From Nitrospirota bacterium (GTDB taxonomy: Bacteria; Nitrospirota; UBA9217), in assembly GCA_963749655.1 (NCBI GenBank), contig CAVVOB010000034.1:1-48677 (forward strand): a DNA stretch of 48,677 nucleotides. Reading direction: 5' to 3'. Within the stretch, counting starts at the first letter, position 1, and the number at the start of each line of letters is the position of its first letter. Positions 40,375-48,677 of the stretch are shown in pieces. The translations under genes were made by a program, and so were the position numbers. The notes under the pieces were generated by a model. The model did not search any database, was not told the DNA's origin, and saw only the letters and a program-made list of their open reading frames with translations.

Positions 40375-41666
40375 ATGTCCGATCTTAAGAAGATGTACAA
40401 AACCATCATGTCCGACAATTTCCCTCCCGAAATGACCATCACCTTCGGGGACCAGAAGCTGGTGTACCGGAAACGGTCATGGAAACTTGCGGACGAAAAG
40501 ACCGGAGAGGTGATCGAGAAGGGACTTCGCTACGGCGAGAACCCGGACCAGCAGGCAGCCATGTATCAGCTGGTCAAGGGCAACCTGGCGCTTGCCGGCG
40601 TGAAGTTCATCGAGCCGGGCAACGGTCTGGTGAGCAGCATTACCGAAGAGCAGATGCTCCAGGCAGGCAAGCATCCGGGCAAGACGAATTTTACCGACCT
40701 GGACAATGCGCTCAATATCCTGAAGTTTCTCATGGACCGGCCGGCCGCGGCGATCATGAAGCACAATAACCCCTGCGGCGTGGCCCAGGGAAAGAGCGTT
40801 TTCGAGGCCTATGACCGGGCGAACATGGCCGACCGCATCGCCGCTTTCGGCGGCTGCCTCGTCGTGAACCGGGCCATGGACAAACAGACGGCGGAGCTTG
40901 CGAATTCGAATTATCTGGAAGTCGTCGCTGCTCCGGATTTCGAGGAAGGCGTCGTCTCCATCCTGGCAAAGCGAAAGAACCTGCGCATCATCAGACTGGA
41001 AAAGATCGCCGACCTGGCGAAGTACCGGGACATGAGCTTTGTGGAGTTCAAGGCCCTCATCGACGGCGGCCTTATCGTACAGCAGTCGCAGAAGAACGCC
41101 ATCCGGACCAAGGCGGATTTTCAGGAAGCAAAGACCGCGTACAAGGGACGGAATACAAGATCGAACGGAAGCCCACGGACCGGGAATACGATGACATGCT
41201 CTTCGGCTGGAACGTGGAGCAGGGGATCACGTCCAATTCGGTCATCTATGTGAAGGATGGCGTCACCGTCGGCATCGGCACCGGCGAACAGGACCGCGTC
41301 GGCGTTGCCGAGATCGCGATCTTCAAGGCCTATACGAAGTACGCCGATGCTCTGTGCTTCAAGAAACACGGCGTTCCGTACAAGACCTATGAGCTGGAAG
41401 CGGACCAGGGCAAACGCGATAAGGGCGCTCTCAAGGAGATCGACGAGCAGACAAAGAAGGACAAGGGCGGTCTTATCGGATCGATTATGGTGTCGGACGC
41501 CTTCTTCCCGTTCCGCGACGGAGTGGATGTGGGGATCAAGGAAGGGATTTCAGCGATCGTGCAGCCCGGAGGGTCGGACCGGGACTTCGACGCGATTACC
41601 GCCTGCAACGAGGCTAACCCGAAAGTAACCATGGTCTTCACGGGTCAGCGGGTGTTCAAGCATTAA
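40375..41666 (+). CDS. purH: PurH-like AICAR transformylase-family protein lacking the usual N-terminal domain (frameshift ~41147)
   Basis: LRYGENPDQQAA, IMKHNNPCG, AFGG, EVVAAPDF, TSNSV, GEQDRV, SDAFFPFRD, QPGGS, FTGQRVFKH. Confidence 0.85.
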
Positions 41667-41686
41667 TTCAAATCGAATCTTGATTT

Positions 41687-41730
41687 AAATAAAATTCCTC
41701 ATGCTTTATCAAGCATGAGGAATTTTATTT
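41687..41730. terminator. Perfect 20-bp inverted repeat; likely bidirectional terminator
   Basis: AAATAAAATTCCTCATGCTT-tatc-AAGCATGAGGAATTTTATTT between the convergent purH and patatin genes. Confidence 0.85.
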
Positions 41731-41811
41731 GAGATGAGTTCTTTCACGATCGCCGGCATCCATGCTTGTAATGATGAAGAAGAATTATGTGGCAGAGTGC
41801 GGAACAATCCT

Positions 41812-42603
41812 TTACCGGGAACGGTCCAACAGCGCCTTAATCTCCGCCAGTTTCTCCTCTGTCGCTTTCTTTCCCCGTTTCAGCAGCTCTTTTGCCTTTG
41901 ACAGGTCATAGAGCGGGATCCCTTTCGCATCGACGTTGATTATGACATCGGCGAGCTTTTCCTCTTCCCGTGCATTCCTTGACGCCACGAGCGCCGATAA
42001 ATGGGCCGCGATCGTGATGATGTTGTCGTAGCGGTCGGCTTCCATTCCCCGATAATTCACATTCACCGCGATCACATGCCGCGCGCCCAGCTCTTCCCGC
42101 ACCGTCCGGACAGGGATCTGGCTGGCGACTCCGCCGTCTACGAGCATTGTTTTGTTGATCTCCGTGGGAGTGAAAATAACGGGAAGGCTGCAGCTGGCCT
42201 GCACTGCCCGGGCAACGGAGCCGGTCGTCAGGGCGACCTTGGCGCCGGTAGCGAGATCGGTTGCCACGGCTGCGAAGGGGATTGTAAGGGAGGAGAATTT
42301 TTTCACCGGCAGGATCGCTTCCATGAAACGGTAGATGCCTTCGCTGGAGATCAGTCCCTGCCGGGGGACGGTGAACTTGAGGACGTCCTTCCACTTGGTA
42401 TTGATCAGGATCTTGCGTATCTCGGCCAGGGTCATACCTGCGGCATAGAGCGCGCCAACAACGCTTCCGGAGCTCGTCCCGGCGATGGCATGGACAGGGA
42501 TTCCTTCCAGCTCCAGCGTCTCCAGAACAGCGAGATGGGCGATTCCCCGTGCAGCGCCGCCGGAGAGGGCCAAACCGATCATGGGATTCGCTATAACGGG
42601 CAT
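41812..42603 (-). CDS. Patatin-like phospholipase
   Basis: LSGGAARG, GTSSG, ASCSLP, DGG. Confidence 0.92.
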   Translation of the reverse strand: MPVIANPMIGLALSGGAARGIAHLAVLETLELEGIPVHAIAGTSSGSVVGALYAAGMTLAEIRKILINTKWKDVLKFTVPRQGLISSEGIYRFMEAILPVKKFSSLTIPFAAVATDLATGAKVALTTGSVARAVQASCSLPVIFTPTEINKTMLVDGGVASQIPVRTVREELGARHVIAVNVNYRGMEADRYDNIITIAAHLSALVASRNAREEEKLADVIINVDAKGIPLYDLSKAKELLKRGKKATEEKLAEIKALLDRSR

Positions 42604-42663
42604 AGAGGATGTTTGGAGCGCCTCAGCCCCGGTATTTGAAACGGGGGATGAAGCTGCATGTCC

Positions 42664-42699
42664 TAAAAAGAAATCCCCGAAAAAGATTCTCGGGGATTT
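42664..42699 (-). terminator. Terminator after the PhoU-like gene
   Basis: Stem AAATCCCCGA/TCGGGGATTT followed by CTTTTT on the minus strand. Confidence 0.7.
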
Positions 42700-42753
42700 C
42701 GATAAAAACAGTATCGAGGCCGGTGAGCCTGGGCAAGATTCCGTCGGCGAATG

Positions 42754-43356
42754 TTATTTGCCGGCAAGCTTCTTGACCGTATTCTTGATATGGGCGCCGA
42801 TATCTTCAAAGGCGTAGAGGATGCACAGATAGGTGGACGACGATTTCGGGGAGCATTCGCCGGTCACGAGCCGCTCTTCATGGGCGGTGGCGAATTCATT
42901 GGCCATGCGCTCCATAGCATCGCTGTCCGCCAGGACGGCTTCGAGGGTCGTTGATGAGCCGGTCACCGCGGCTTCGCCGGCTTTTTTCAGGACATCCTTG
43001 CTCTTGGTGAACAGCTTGCCGGTTTCCAGTATGGCCTTGTCGCTGAACAGCATGCCTTCCTTGATGCGGCTGCGGCTGTTCTCGCTGATCCGCTTGATGG
43101 CGGTCGCGATCTTTTCGATATGGGCCGGGACGGTCAGGATCGACCGGGCTTCGCTGTTGTTGGCTGCCATTTGCGCGAGCGTGGCGGTGAGGCTGTCTTC
43201 CTTCGCATGGATCTCATTGGCGAGTTCATCCGCCTGGTCCAGGGATGCCAGCTTGCTCTTCATGAACCCGTCTTCCGTGAGTTCCAGCATTTCCTGGGCT
43301 TTATGCATCACCAGGTAAATTTCCTTTTTCACGTCCTTCAGGTTCTGTTCCGCCAT
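42754..43356 (-). CDS. Stand-alone PhoU-like helical protein (resembles the cytosolic tail of Na+/Pi cotransporters)
   Basis: Two helical repeats: HIEKIA, LFSDKAILE, HEERLVTGECSP...LYAFEDIGAH; AAGGAG RBS; no TM segment. Confidence 0.75.
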   Translation of the reverse strand: MAEQNLKDVKKEIYLVMHKAQEMLELTEDGFMKSKLASLDQADELANEIHAKEDSLTATLAQMAANNSEARSILTVPAHIEKIATAIKRISENSRSRIKEGMLFSDKAILETGKLFTKSKDVLKKAGEAAVTGSSTTLEAVLADSDAMERMANEFATAHEERLVTGECSPKSSSTYLCILYAFEDIGAHIKNTVKKLAGK

Positions 43357-43594
43357 ACGATGCGTGCTCCTTTCGAGATTCGCCGTACCTGCAGTTCGTG
43401 TTTGTCCGGAAAATTTCAGAAACTATATCAGAAAAAGGCTTCCCTGACATGTTAATTTTTTTTATATCAATATTGCTCCGGCTTATAGTTTTTGTTTCGG
43501 CCATGACGATTCCCTCCTTTTTCGCTGAGGCCTCATCACACCCTCATCCCTACGAATATTTTAGCATATTTCGTCTTGTCAGACGGCTTTTTTC

Positions 43595-43623
43595 TTGACT
43601 TACCCCGATACCGCTGGTATAAC
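43595..43623 (+). promoter_or_regulatory. Sigma-70 promoter for the MgtE-domain gene
   Basis: TTGACT-N17-TATAAC with extended TG. Confidence 0.6.
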
Positions 43624-43659
43624 CTAAACCATCGTCACCAATTCCGCCACGGAGCCGTC

Positions 43660-44925
43660 ATGCCTTTTTTTGCCGGAGAGATTTTTGTCAGCGAGGTCCA
43701 GAAAAAGCCGGTGCTTGACCAGACGGGCGAGGAGATCGGCAGGCTGAAGGACATTGTCGTGGGTCTCGGCGATCCCTTCCCGGCGGTCACCGCGCTGATC
43801 GTCGCATCGGGCAGGTCCACCTACGTTCTCCCCTGGGACTCGGTCAATCTCTTCAATCGCCGCGTCATTTCGGTGAATGCCCGCCGGGCAGATCTTACGG
43901 CCTCCCCGGGTTCAGCCTCCGATATCCTGATCTTCCGCGACCTCCTCGACAAGCAGATCGTCGACATCAACGGCGCCAAGCTGGTGCGCGTCAACGACCT
44001 TGAACTGGGCGACGTGAAGGGGAAGCTTTGCCTGGTGGCCGCGGACATCGGTCTTCGGGGGCTGCTGCGGCGGCTCGGCCTCGAAAAACGCGGGGAAAAG
44101 TTCTTTTCCCTGTTCAACTACAGACTGCAGCACAAACTCATTTCCTGGCACTATGTTCAGACCATCGAACCGAAGGTCTCGCGGCTTACGCTGACGGTCT
44201 CCGGACAGAAGGTATCGAACATGCACCCGGCTGACCTGGCGGAGATCATCAGCGAGGTCTCGCAGCGGGAGCGGACCGCGATCTTCGGCAGCCTCGACGT
44301 CGATACGGCCGCCGAGGCCCTGCACGAACTCGAACCCCGCGTCCAGGCGGACATCATCGACGACATGTCCAAGGAGCGGGCATCGGACATCCTGGAGCGC
44401 ATGCCGCCCGACGAGGCGGCGGACGTGCTCGGCGACCTGCCTGAAGCGAAGGCGCAGGAACTCATCGATCTCATGGAGAAGGACGAGGCCGAGGACGTGC
44501 AGGAGCTCCTTGAGCACGAGGAGGACACGGCGGGCGGTCTCATGACCACGGAATACCTGTCCTTCCTCCCGGACATGACCGTCGAAGAGGCGATCAGGGA
44601 GCTGCGGCTCGAGGCGCCGAACGTGGAAACGATCTACTACCTCTTCATCGTGGATACGAACGAGCGCATCATCGGCGTGCTGTCGCTCAAGCACCTGATC
44701 CTGGCCCTGCCGCAGACTCTGCTGAGCGACATCATGATAACGCCGCCGAAGACGCTTACCCTCGACGCTAAGAAGAAAGATGTGGCTGAATTCATCTCGA
44801 AGTACAACCTTCTCGCGGCGCCGGTCGTGGACGAAAACAACGTCCTGCACGGCATCGTGACCGTCGACGACGTCGTGGATTTCCTCTTGCCGACAGCCTC
44901 GCGCAAGAAACGCCGAAAACGCTAG
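43660..44925 (+). CDS. PRC + MgtE N-terminal + CBS-pair protein (no membrane domain)
   Basis: DLLDKQIVDINGAKLVRVND, MHPADLAEI, MPPDEAADVL, EDTAGGLMT, GIVTVDD; the ORF ends where the MgtE TM domain would begin. Confidence 0.88.
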   Translation: MPFFAGEIFVSEVQKKPVLDQTGEEIGRLKDIVVGLGDPFPAVTALIVASGRSTYVLPWDSVNLFNRRVISVNARRADLTASPGSASDILIFRDLLDKQIVDINGAKLVRVNDLELGDVKGKLCLVAADIGLRGLLRRLGLEKRGEKFFSLFNYRLQHKLISWHYVQTIEPKVSRLTLTVSGQKVSNMHPADLAEIISEVSQRERTAIFGSLDVDTAAEALHELEPRVQADIIDDMSKERASDILERMPPDEAADVLGDLPEAKAQELIDLMEKDEAEDVQELLEHEEDTAGGLMTTEYLSFLPDMTVEEAIRELRLEAPNVETIYYLFIVDTNERIIGVLSLKHLILALPQTLLSDIMITPPKTLTLDAKKKDVAEFISKYNLLAAPVVDENNVLHGIVTVDDVVDFLLPTASRKKRRKR

Positions 44926-44973
44926 TGTTTTTCCCAGGATACTCCCACTGACAGATGAGCCTGAAAAGACAGT

Positions 44974-45005
44974 TAACCACTGATGAACACGGATAAACAC
45001 GGATT
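44974..45005 (+). repeat. Short 9-mer tandem repeat (aacacggat)
   Basis: accactgat-g-aacacggat-a-aacacggat. Confidence 0.55.
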
Positions 45006-45145
45006 CAGCTGCAAGTAAAAGCAAAACCATGAAACACGAAGCGGACGCAGCGTCAAAACGACGCAGGTTCGGTATATGTTTTACCTGTTTTAATTTACGT
45101 TTGCTATCGCCGTTCTTGGATGAAAGATTCTTACGGAAATTGCCC

Positions 45146-46372
45146 ATGATCAATAAGAAAAAGATACTGGTATTTCTGTCCGTGCTCGGACCGGGTATCA
45201 TCACCGCGAATGTGGACAACGATGCGGGCGGCATTGCCACCTATTCGGTCGCAGGCGCCCATTTCGGCTATTCGCTGCTCTGGACGCTGATCCCCATCAC
45301 CGTTGCGCTCATCGTCGTGCAGGAAATGGTGCGCGCGCATGGGAGTGGTCACCGGGAAGACCCTTGCCGATCTGATCCGGGAGAATTTCGGCGTCAAGGC
45401 GACCTTTTTCCTCATGCTGAGCCTGCTGCTTCGCGGATATGGGCAATACGGTGGCTGAGTTTGCCGGCTGGGCCTCGTCCATGGAGATCTTCGGCGTGAG
45501 CAAGTATGTTTCCGTCCCGATCGGCGCTTTTGCGGTCTGGCTGCTGGTGGTAAAGGGGACGTACCGGTTCGTTGAGAGGATATTCCTTATCGCCTGCACC
45601 GTTTTTTTGACCTACGTGGTCTCGGCATATCTCATCCATCCGCCGTGGGGGCAGATCATGCTCGATACGGTGAAGCCGTCGTTCGAATTCAAAGCTTCCT
45701 ATCTCATGATGCTCATCGGCATCGTCGGGACGACCATCGCGCCCTGGATGCAGTTCTATCTCCAGTCCGCCGTGGTCGAGAAGAACATCAAGGTCGAGAA
45801 TTACGGCGCATCGCGCATGGACGTCATCGTCGGCTGCGTCATGACGGACGTGATCGCTTTTTTCATCATCGTGGCCTGCGCCGCGACCATGTATACCGCC
45901 GGCATCAGGATAACGGATGCCAAGGACGCAGCCGTCGCTCTTGCGCCGCTCGCCGGGAATTACGCCTCGGTCGCTGTTCGCGATCGGACTGGCGAACGCG
46001 TCGCTCTTTGCAGCGTCCATTCTGCCGCTGGCAACTGCCTATTATGTTTGTGAGGGAATGGGGTGGGAATCGGGGATCGACAAGAATTTCAAGACCGCTC
46101 CGCAGTTCATGTGGCTTTATACGGGCATCATCGCAGTGGGAGCGCTCATTATCCTCATCCCGGACGCGCCGCTCGTGCCCATCATGCTCATCTCGCAGGT
46201 CGTGAACGGCATCATGCTGCCCTTCGTCCTCATCTTTATGCTTCTCCTGATAAACGACAAGGACCTGATGGGTGACTATACGAACTCGAAAATTTTTAAT
46301 AGTATCGCATGGGCGACCGTCATCATCATGGTCGCGCTGACGCTGGTCCTGGTCGTGACGAGCTTCTTTTAG
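45146..46372 (+). CDS. NRAMP-family divalent metal transporter (frameshifts ~45335, ~45430, ~45970)
   Basis: [51 protein letters not shown]. Confidence 0.88.
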
Positions 46373-47097
46373 CTCCGGTCCCCGGCCGGTTGATAGGGGA
46401 TCGGGTCCTTGACGCCCGCCTCTTCGAAGCCTTTCAATCTCAGCATGCAGCTGTCGCACCTGCCGCAGGCCCGGTCGCTGTTCTGATAACAGCTCCAGGT
46501 CAGGTGCAGGGGCGCGCCGAGTTCCATGCCGCGCTTCACGATCTGCGACTTTCTCATATGGATGAGGGGCGTCACTGCCTCGATCCGCGTTTCCGGCTTC
46601 GTCCCTGTCTCGATCGCCTTGTTGAAGGCCTGGTAAAAAACTTCCCTGCAGTCAGGATATCCCGAGCTGTCCTCTTCCACGGCGCCGATGAAAATCTTGG
46701 TTGCGCCGATGACTTCTGCCCAGGAAACGGCGATGGAGAGCAGATGGGCATTCCTGAAGGGAACGTAGGTCATGGGAATTTCGGAATTTCCCGACTGAGT
46801 CGAGACAGGCTCCATGCGGAATGCGGAATGAGAATCAGCAGCCTCCGGCACGGGGATGCTCTCGTCCGTCAGGGCCGACCCGCCGATAATCTTCAGGTGC
46901 TCGATGCTGACCACGAGGCGCTTTTCGGCATGGTAGAAATCGGCGATGTTGTTGAAGGCCTTCAACTCGCGGGCCTCGGTCCGTTGCCCGTAATTCACAT
47001 GCAGGAAAGCCAGCCGGTATTCACGGGCTGCCAGGGCTGCGGTGACGCAGCTGTCCATGCCTCCGCTCACCAGTACGATTGCAAGCTCTTGGTTCAT
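46369..47097 (-). CDS. queC: 7-cyano-7-deazaguanine synthase QueC
   Basis: SGGMDS, YGQR, TYVPFRN, SGYPDCR, TWSCY, CGRCDSC..R. Confidence 0.96.
   Translation of the reverse strand: MNQELAIVLVSGGMDSCVTAALAAREYRLAFLHVNYGQRTEARELKAFNNIADFYHAEKRLVVSIEHLKIIGGSALTDESIPVPEAADSHSAFRMEPVSTQSGNSEIPMTYVPFRNAHLLSIAVSWAEVIGATKIFIGAVEEDSSGYPDCREVFYQAFNKAIETGTKPETRIEAVTPLIHMRKSQIVKRGMELGAPLHLTWSCYQNSDRACGRCDSCMLRLKGFEEAGVKDPIPYQPAGDRS
46779..46835 (+). repeat. Copy of the composite heptamer repeat within queC
   Basis: TTTCGGAATTTCCCGACTGAGTCGAGACAGGCTCCATGCGGAATGCGGAATGAGAAT versus 29158-29208. Confidence 0.75.
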
Positions 47098-47274
47098 GAG
47101 TGTGTTTTATTCCGTTCGAGAACGTATTTCCCCGTATCCATCCGGGAATGCCGGTATTGTAAAGCATGACAGCCCAAAAAGCCAATCCTACTTTGTGGTC
47201 GGATCAGGGCAACACGGCAGGAACTGCTTCATTTATTGGTATGCAGCGAGGGTGAAGCCCGGAAGGGGAAACCC

Positions 47275-47305
47275 CTGACGGAGCGAAATCGGTGCTCTCC
47301 GTCAG
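47275..47305 (-). terminator. Hairpin after the small Cys-rich gene (possible terminator)
   Basis: 9-bp stem CTGACGGAG/CTCCGTCAG; weak T tail. Confidence 0.45.
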
Positions 47306-47320
47306 AGGCCGTTTCGGGGA

Positions 47321-47458
47321 TTAGTGGGCCCCATGGATGAGCATGGGCAGACAGCGGGTGCAGACGACCTTTTCCTTGCCTTCGTGAAAGCAGGGCAGAT
47401 ATACGCGGGTCTTATCGTCCGCGCCGCATACGAAGCATTTTATCTCTTTGGCCGGCAT
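47321..47458 (-). CDS. 45-aa Cys-rich (CxxC...CxxC) protein, absent from the ORF track
   Basis: MPAKEIKCFVCGADDKTRVYLPCFHEGKEKVVCTRCLPMLIHGAH*; GGAGG RBS; the ATG directly follows the upstream TAA. Confidence 0.8.
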   Translation of the reverse strand: MPAKEIKCFVCGADDKTRVYLPCFHEGKEKVVCTRCLPMLIHGAH

Positions 47459-47671
47459 TTATTCCTCCAGGGCGTTGATTTCGTCGACGATCTTGTTCGG
47501 GTCCATATTGTGCATCATGGAGCCGAAGGAGATGGATTCCATGTTGATGCCGGGGCAGGTAAAGCAGCCGTTGCCGAAATGCTTCTGGATAACCGCTTTT
47601 GCCCCCGGGCTCATTTTTATGACGTCCCCGATTATGGTATCCTTTGTAACTTTTTTCTTTTCCGTTATCAT
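47459..47671 (-). CDS. DUF1858-like small redox protein (CxxC)
   Basis: VTKDTIIGDVI..P.A..V..KHFG.GCFTCPG..MESI...MH; GGAGG RBS. Confidence 0.8.
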   Translation of the reverse strand: MITEKKKVTKDTIIGDVIKMSPGAKAVIQKHFGNGCFTCPGINMESISFGSMMHNMDPNKIVDEINALEE

Positions 47672-47700
47672 AGGAGCCTCCTTATTCTTAAGATGAATGA

Positions 47701-47743
47701 AGTATACCGGAACAGGTCCTCGATGCCTATGACCTGCATCATA
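47701..47743 (-). promoter_or_regulatory. Crp/Fnr-type box TATGA-N6-TCATA with -10 TATACT (leftward promoter)
   Basis: Box at 47728-47743; -10 at 47706-47701; the geometry places the box at about -41.5. Confidence 0.7.
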
Positions 47744-47762
47744 CTCCCGTAATATGGTACAC

Positions 47763-47805
47763 TATGAGATGGATCATAACCCCGCGCTGTTTCCGGTGAT
47801 ACAAT
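47763..47805 (+). promoter_or_regulatory. Crp/Fnr-type box TATGA-N6-TCATA with extended -10 TGnTACAAT (rightward promoter)
   Basis: Box at 47763-47778; -10 at 47800-47805; the geometry places the box at about -41.5. Confidence 0.7.
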
Positions 47806-47848
47806 CGGTACAGCAACAATCAATCATATATGTGGAGGTCGTAAAAAC

Positions 47849-48258
47849 ATGGACAGATTCGTAAAAGGTTTCATCGTCATGAGCATCATCTATCTCGGCA
47901 TTGCCGCGGCCCTCGGCATCGTCATGCTCTGGAACCAGAACGTCATGGCCCTCAAATTCGTTCATTCCCATCTGAACATGCTGGGCTGGGTCTCCATGAT
48001 GATCTATGGAGTGGGGTATCACATCCTGCCCCGGTTCATGGGCCGGCCGCTTTACAGCAACAAGATAGGGGAGGCCCAGTTCTACCTCGCCAATATTTCG
48101 CTCGTGGGTATGCTCCTTTTTTACACCCTGAACGTTTACAACCCCGGAGGCATGTACCGCACCGTGACCGTGCTGTTCGGCGCAGTGCAGGCCCTGGCCG
48201 CTTCTTTTTCTACAATATGCTCATGACCCTGCTGACAAAGCAGGAACAGCCGCAGTGA
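47849..48258 (+). CDS. Four-TM membrane protein with HSHLNMLGW motif (heme-copper oxidase subunit I/NnrS-like fragment; frameshift ~48200)
   Basis: GGAGG RBS; VHSHLNMLGWVSMMIYGVGYHILPRF; the corrected end is FFFYNMLMTLLTKQEQPQ*. Confidence 0.7.
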
Positions 48259-48259
48259 C

Positions 48260-48348
48260 AGGGCATAGGGCATAGCGCAGAGAGAAGCGGAAAAAACTAA
48301 AAACTAAAAACGCTTTTACCCTCTGCGCTTTGCTCTCTGCCCTCTGCG
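48260..48348. repeat. Inverted heptamer arrays (GGGCATA/GCGCAGA ... CTCTGCG/CTTTGCT)
   Basis: gggcata-gggcata-gcgcaga ... ctctgcg-ctttgct-ctctgcc-ctctgcg between convergent genes. Confidence 0.7.
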
Positions 48349-48354
48349 GTTTTA

Positions 48355-48641
48355 TCACGATGCCAGCTCCGTCAGTCCTTCCTTGTCCTTGATGACGATC
48401 CTGCCGTCTGCATCGGACAAAAAGCCCATCTTCTTGAACTTGCTGAAGGTACGAATGGAAGTCTCCACCGTCGTACCCACCATGTCGGCAACATCCTGTT
48501 TGGTGAGCCGCATATCGATCATCGTGCCTTCTCCGGTCTTCGTTCCCACCTTGTTCGCAAGCTTGAGCAGGAGCGCTGCGATCCTGGCCTCGACCCGTTC
48601 CAGGGCGATGTTTTTCAGCGAGTCATAGGAGCTTTTCATGC
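48355..48641 (-). CDS. Crp/Fnr family regulator, C-terminal part (5' truncated)
   Basis: VEARIAALLLKL, LTKQDVADMVGTTVETSIRTFSKF HTH. Confidence 0.9.
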
Positions 48642-48677
48642 AGCAAGACCAACTGAACCAAGAACAGGCACACAACA
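48642..48677 (-). other. Probable Nanopore adapter remnant (artefact)
   Basis: The reverse complement TGTTGTGTGCCTGTTCTTGGTTCAGTTGGTCTTGCT resembles the ONT adapter and the window's first 44 nt. Confidence 0.75.

Noticed and set aside
47098-47320. preQ1 riboswitch upstream of queC
   Set aside because: No preQ1-I stem-loop with an A-rich tail was recognisable.
2097-48258. Many split genes as pseudogenes or programmed frameshifts
   Set aside because: The breaks are single-base, often in homopolymers, affect likely needed genes, and show no other decay; this fits long-read error.

Overview
This 48.7 kb window appears to be a whole long-read (Nanopore-type) contig or read. Adapter-like sequence sits at both ends, and many single-base indels split otherwise intact genes. 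The first ~1.3 kb is a GC-richer, probably foreign fragment (dnaE2 3' end, Hpt protein, start of a receiver domain) joined mid-gene to hypE. The rest is mostly core chromosome of an anaerobic or microaerophilic diderm bacterium; gene style and synteny suggest Nitrospirota or Desulfobacterota (inference). It encodes hypE, a MipA-like protein, an alpha/beta hydrolase, a MATE pump, a Cache/PAS histidine kinase with a periplasmic CxxCH motif plus its sigma-54 regulator, an HD-GYP regulator, glgP and fdhD. A NikR-controlled nickel locus follows: nikR, two outer-membrane barrels, nikMNQO, a His-rich domain and an FmdE-like gene. After that come ribE-ribBA-ribH-nusB, purB-purF, tRNA-Phe, 2-oxoacid oxidoreductase beta/gamma, TPR-roadblock-aroQ-Xaa-Pro peptidase-efp-accBC-thiE, livK-livH, a purH-like gene, a patatin, a PhoU-like gene, an MgtE cytosolic-domain gene plus NRAMP, queC, and a small Crp/Fnr-regulated redox/NO-stress module. 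The strongest leads are four: (i) NikR-boxed barrels whose predicted mature N-termini (X-His-Pro) resemble the Ni-binding N-terminus of NikM; (ii) a dispersed heptamer-repeat family with one copy read in frame inside queC; (iii) twin TATGA-N6-TCATA boxes, each at about -41.5 of divergent promoters, controlling a module that includes an unannotated 45-aa Cys-rich protein; (iv) the heme-motif Cache sensor. No CRISPR array, rRNA, integrase or transposase was seen.
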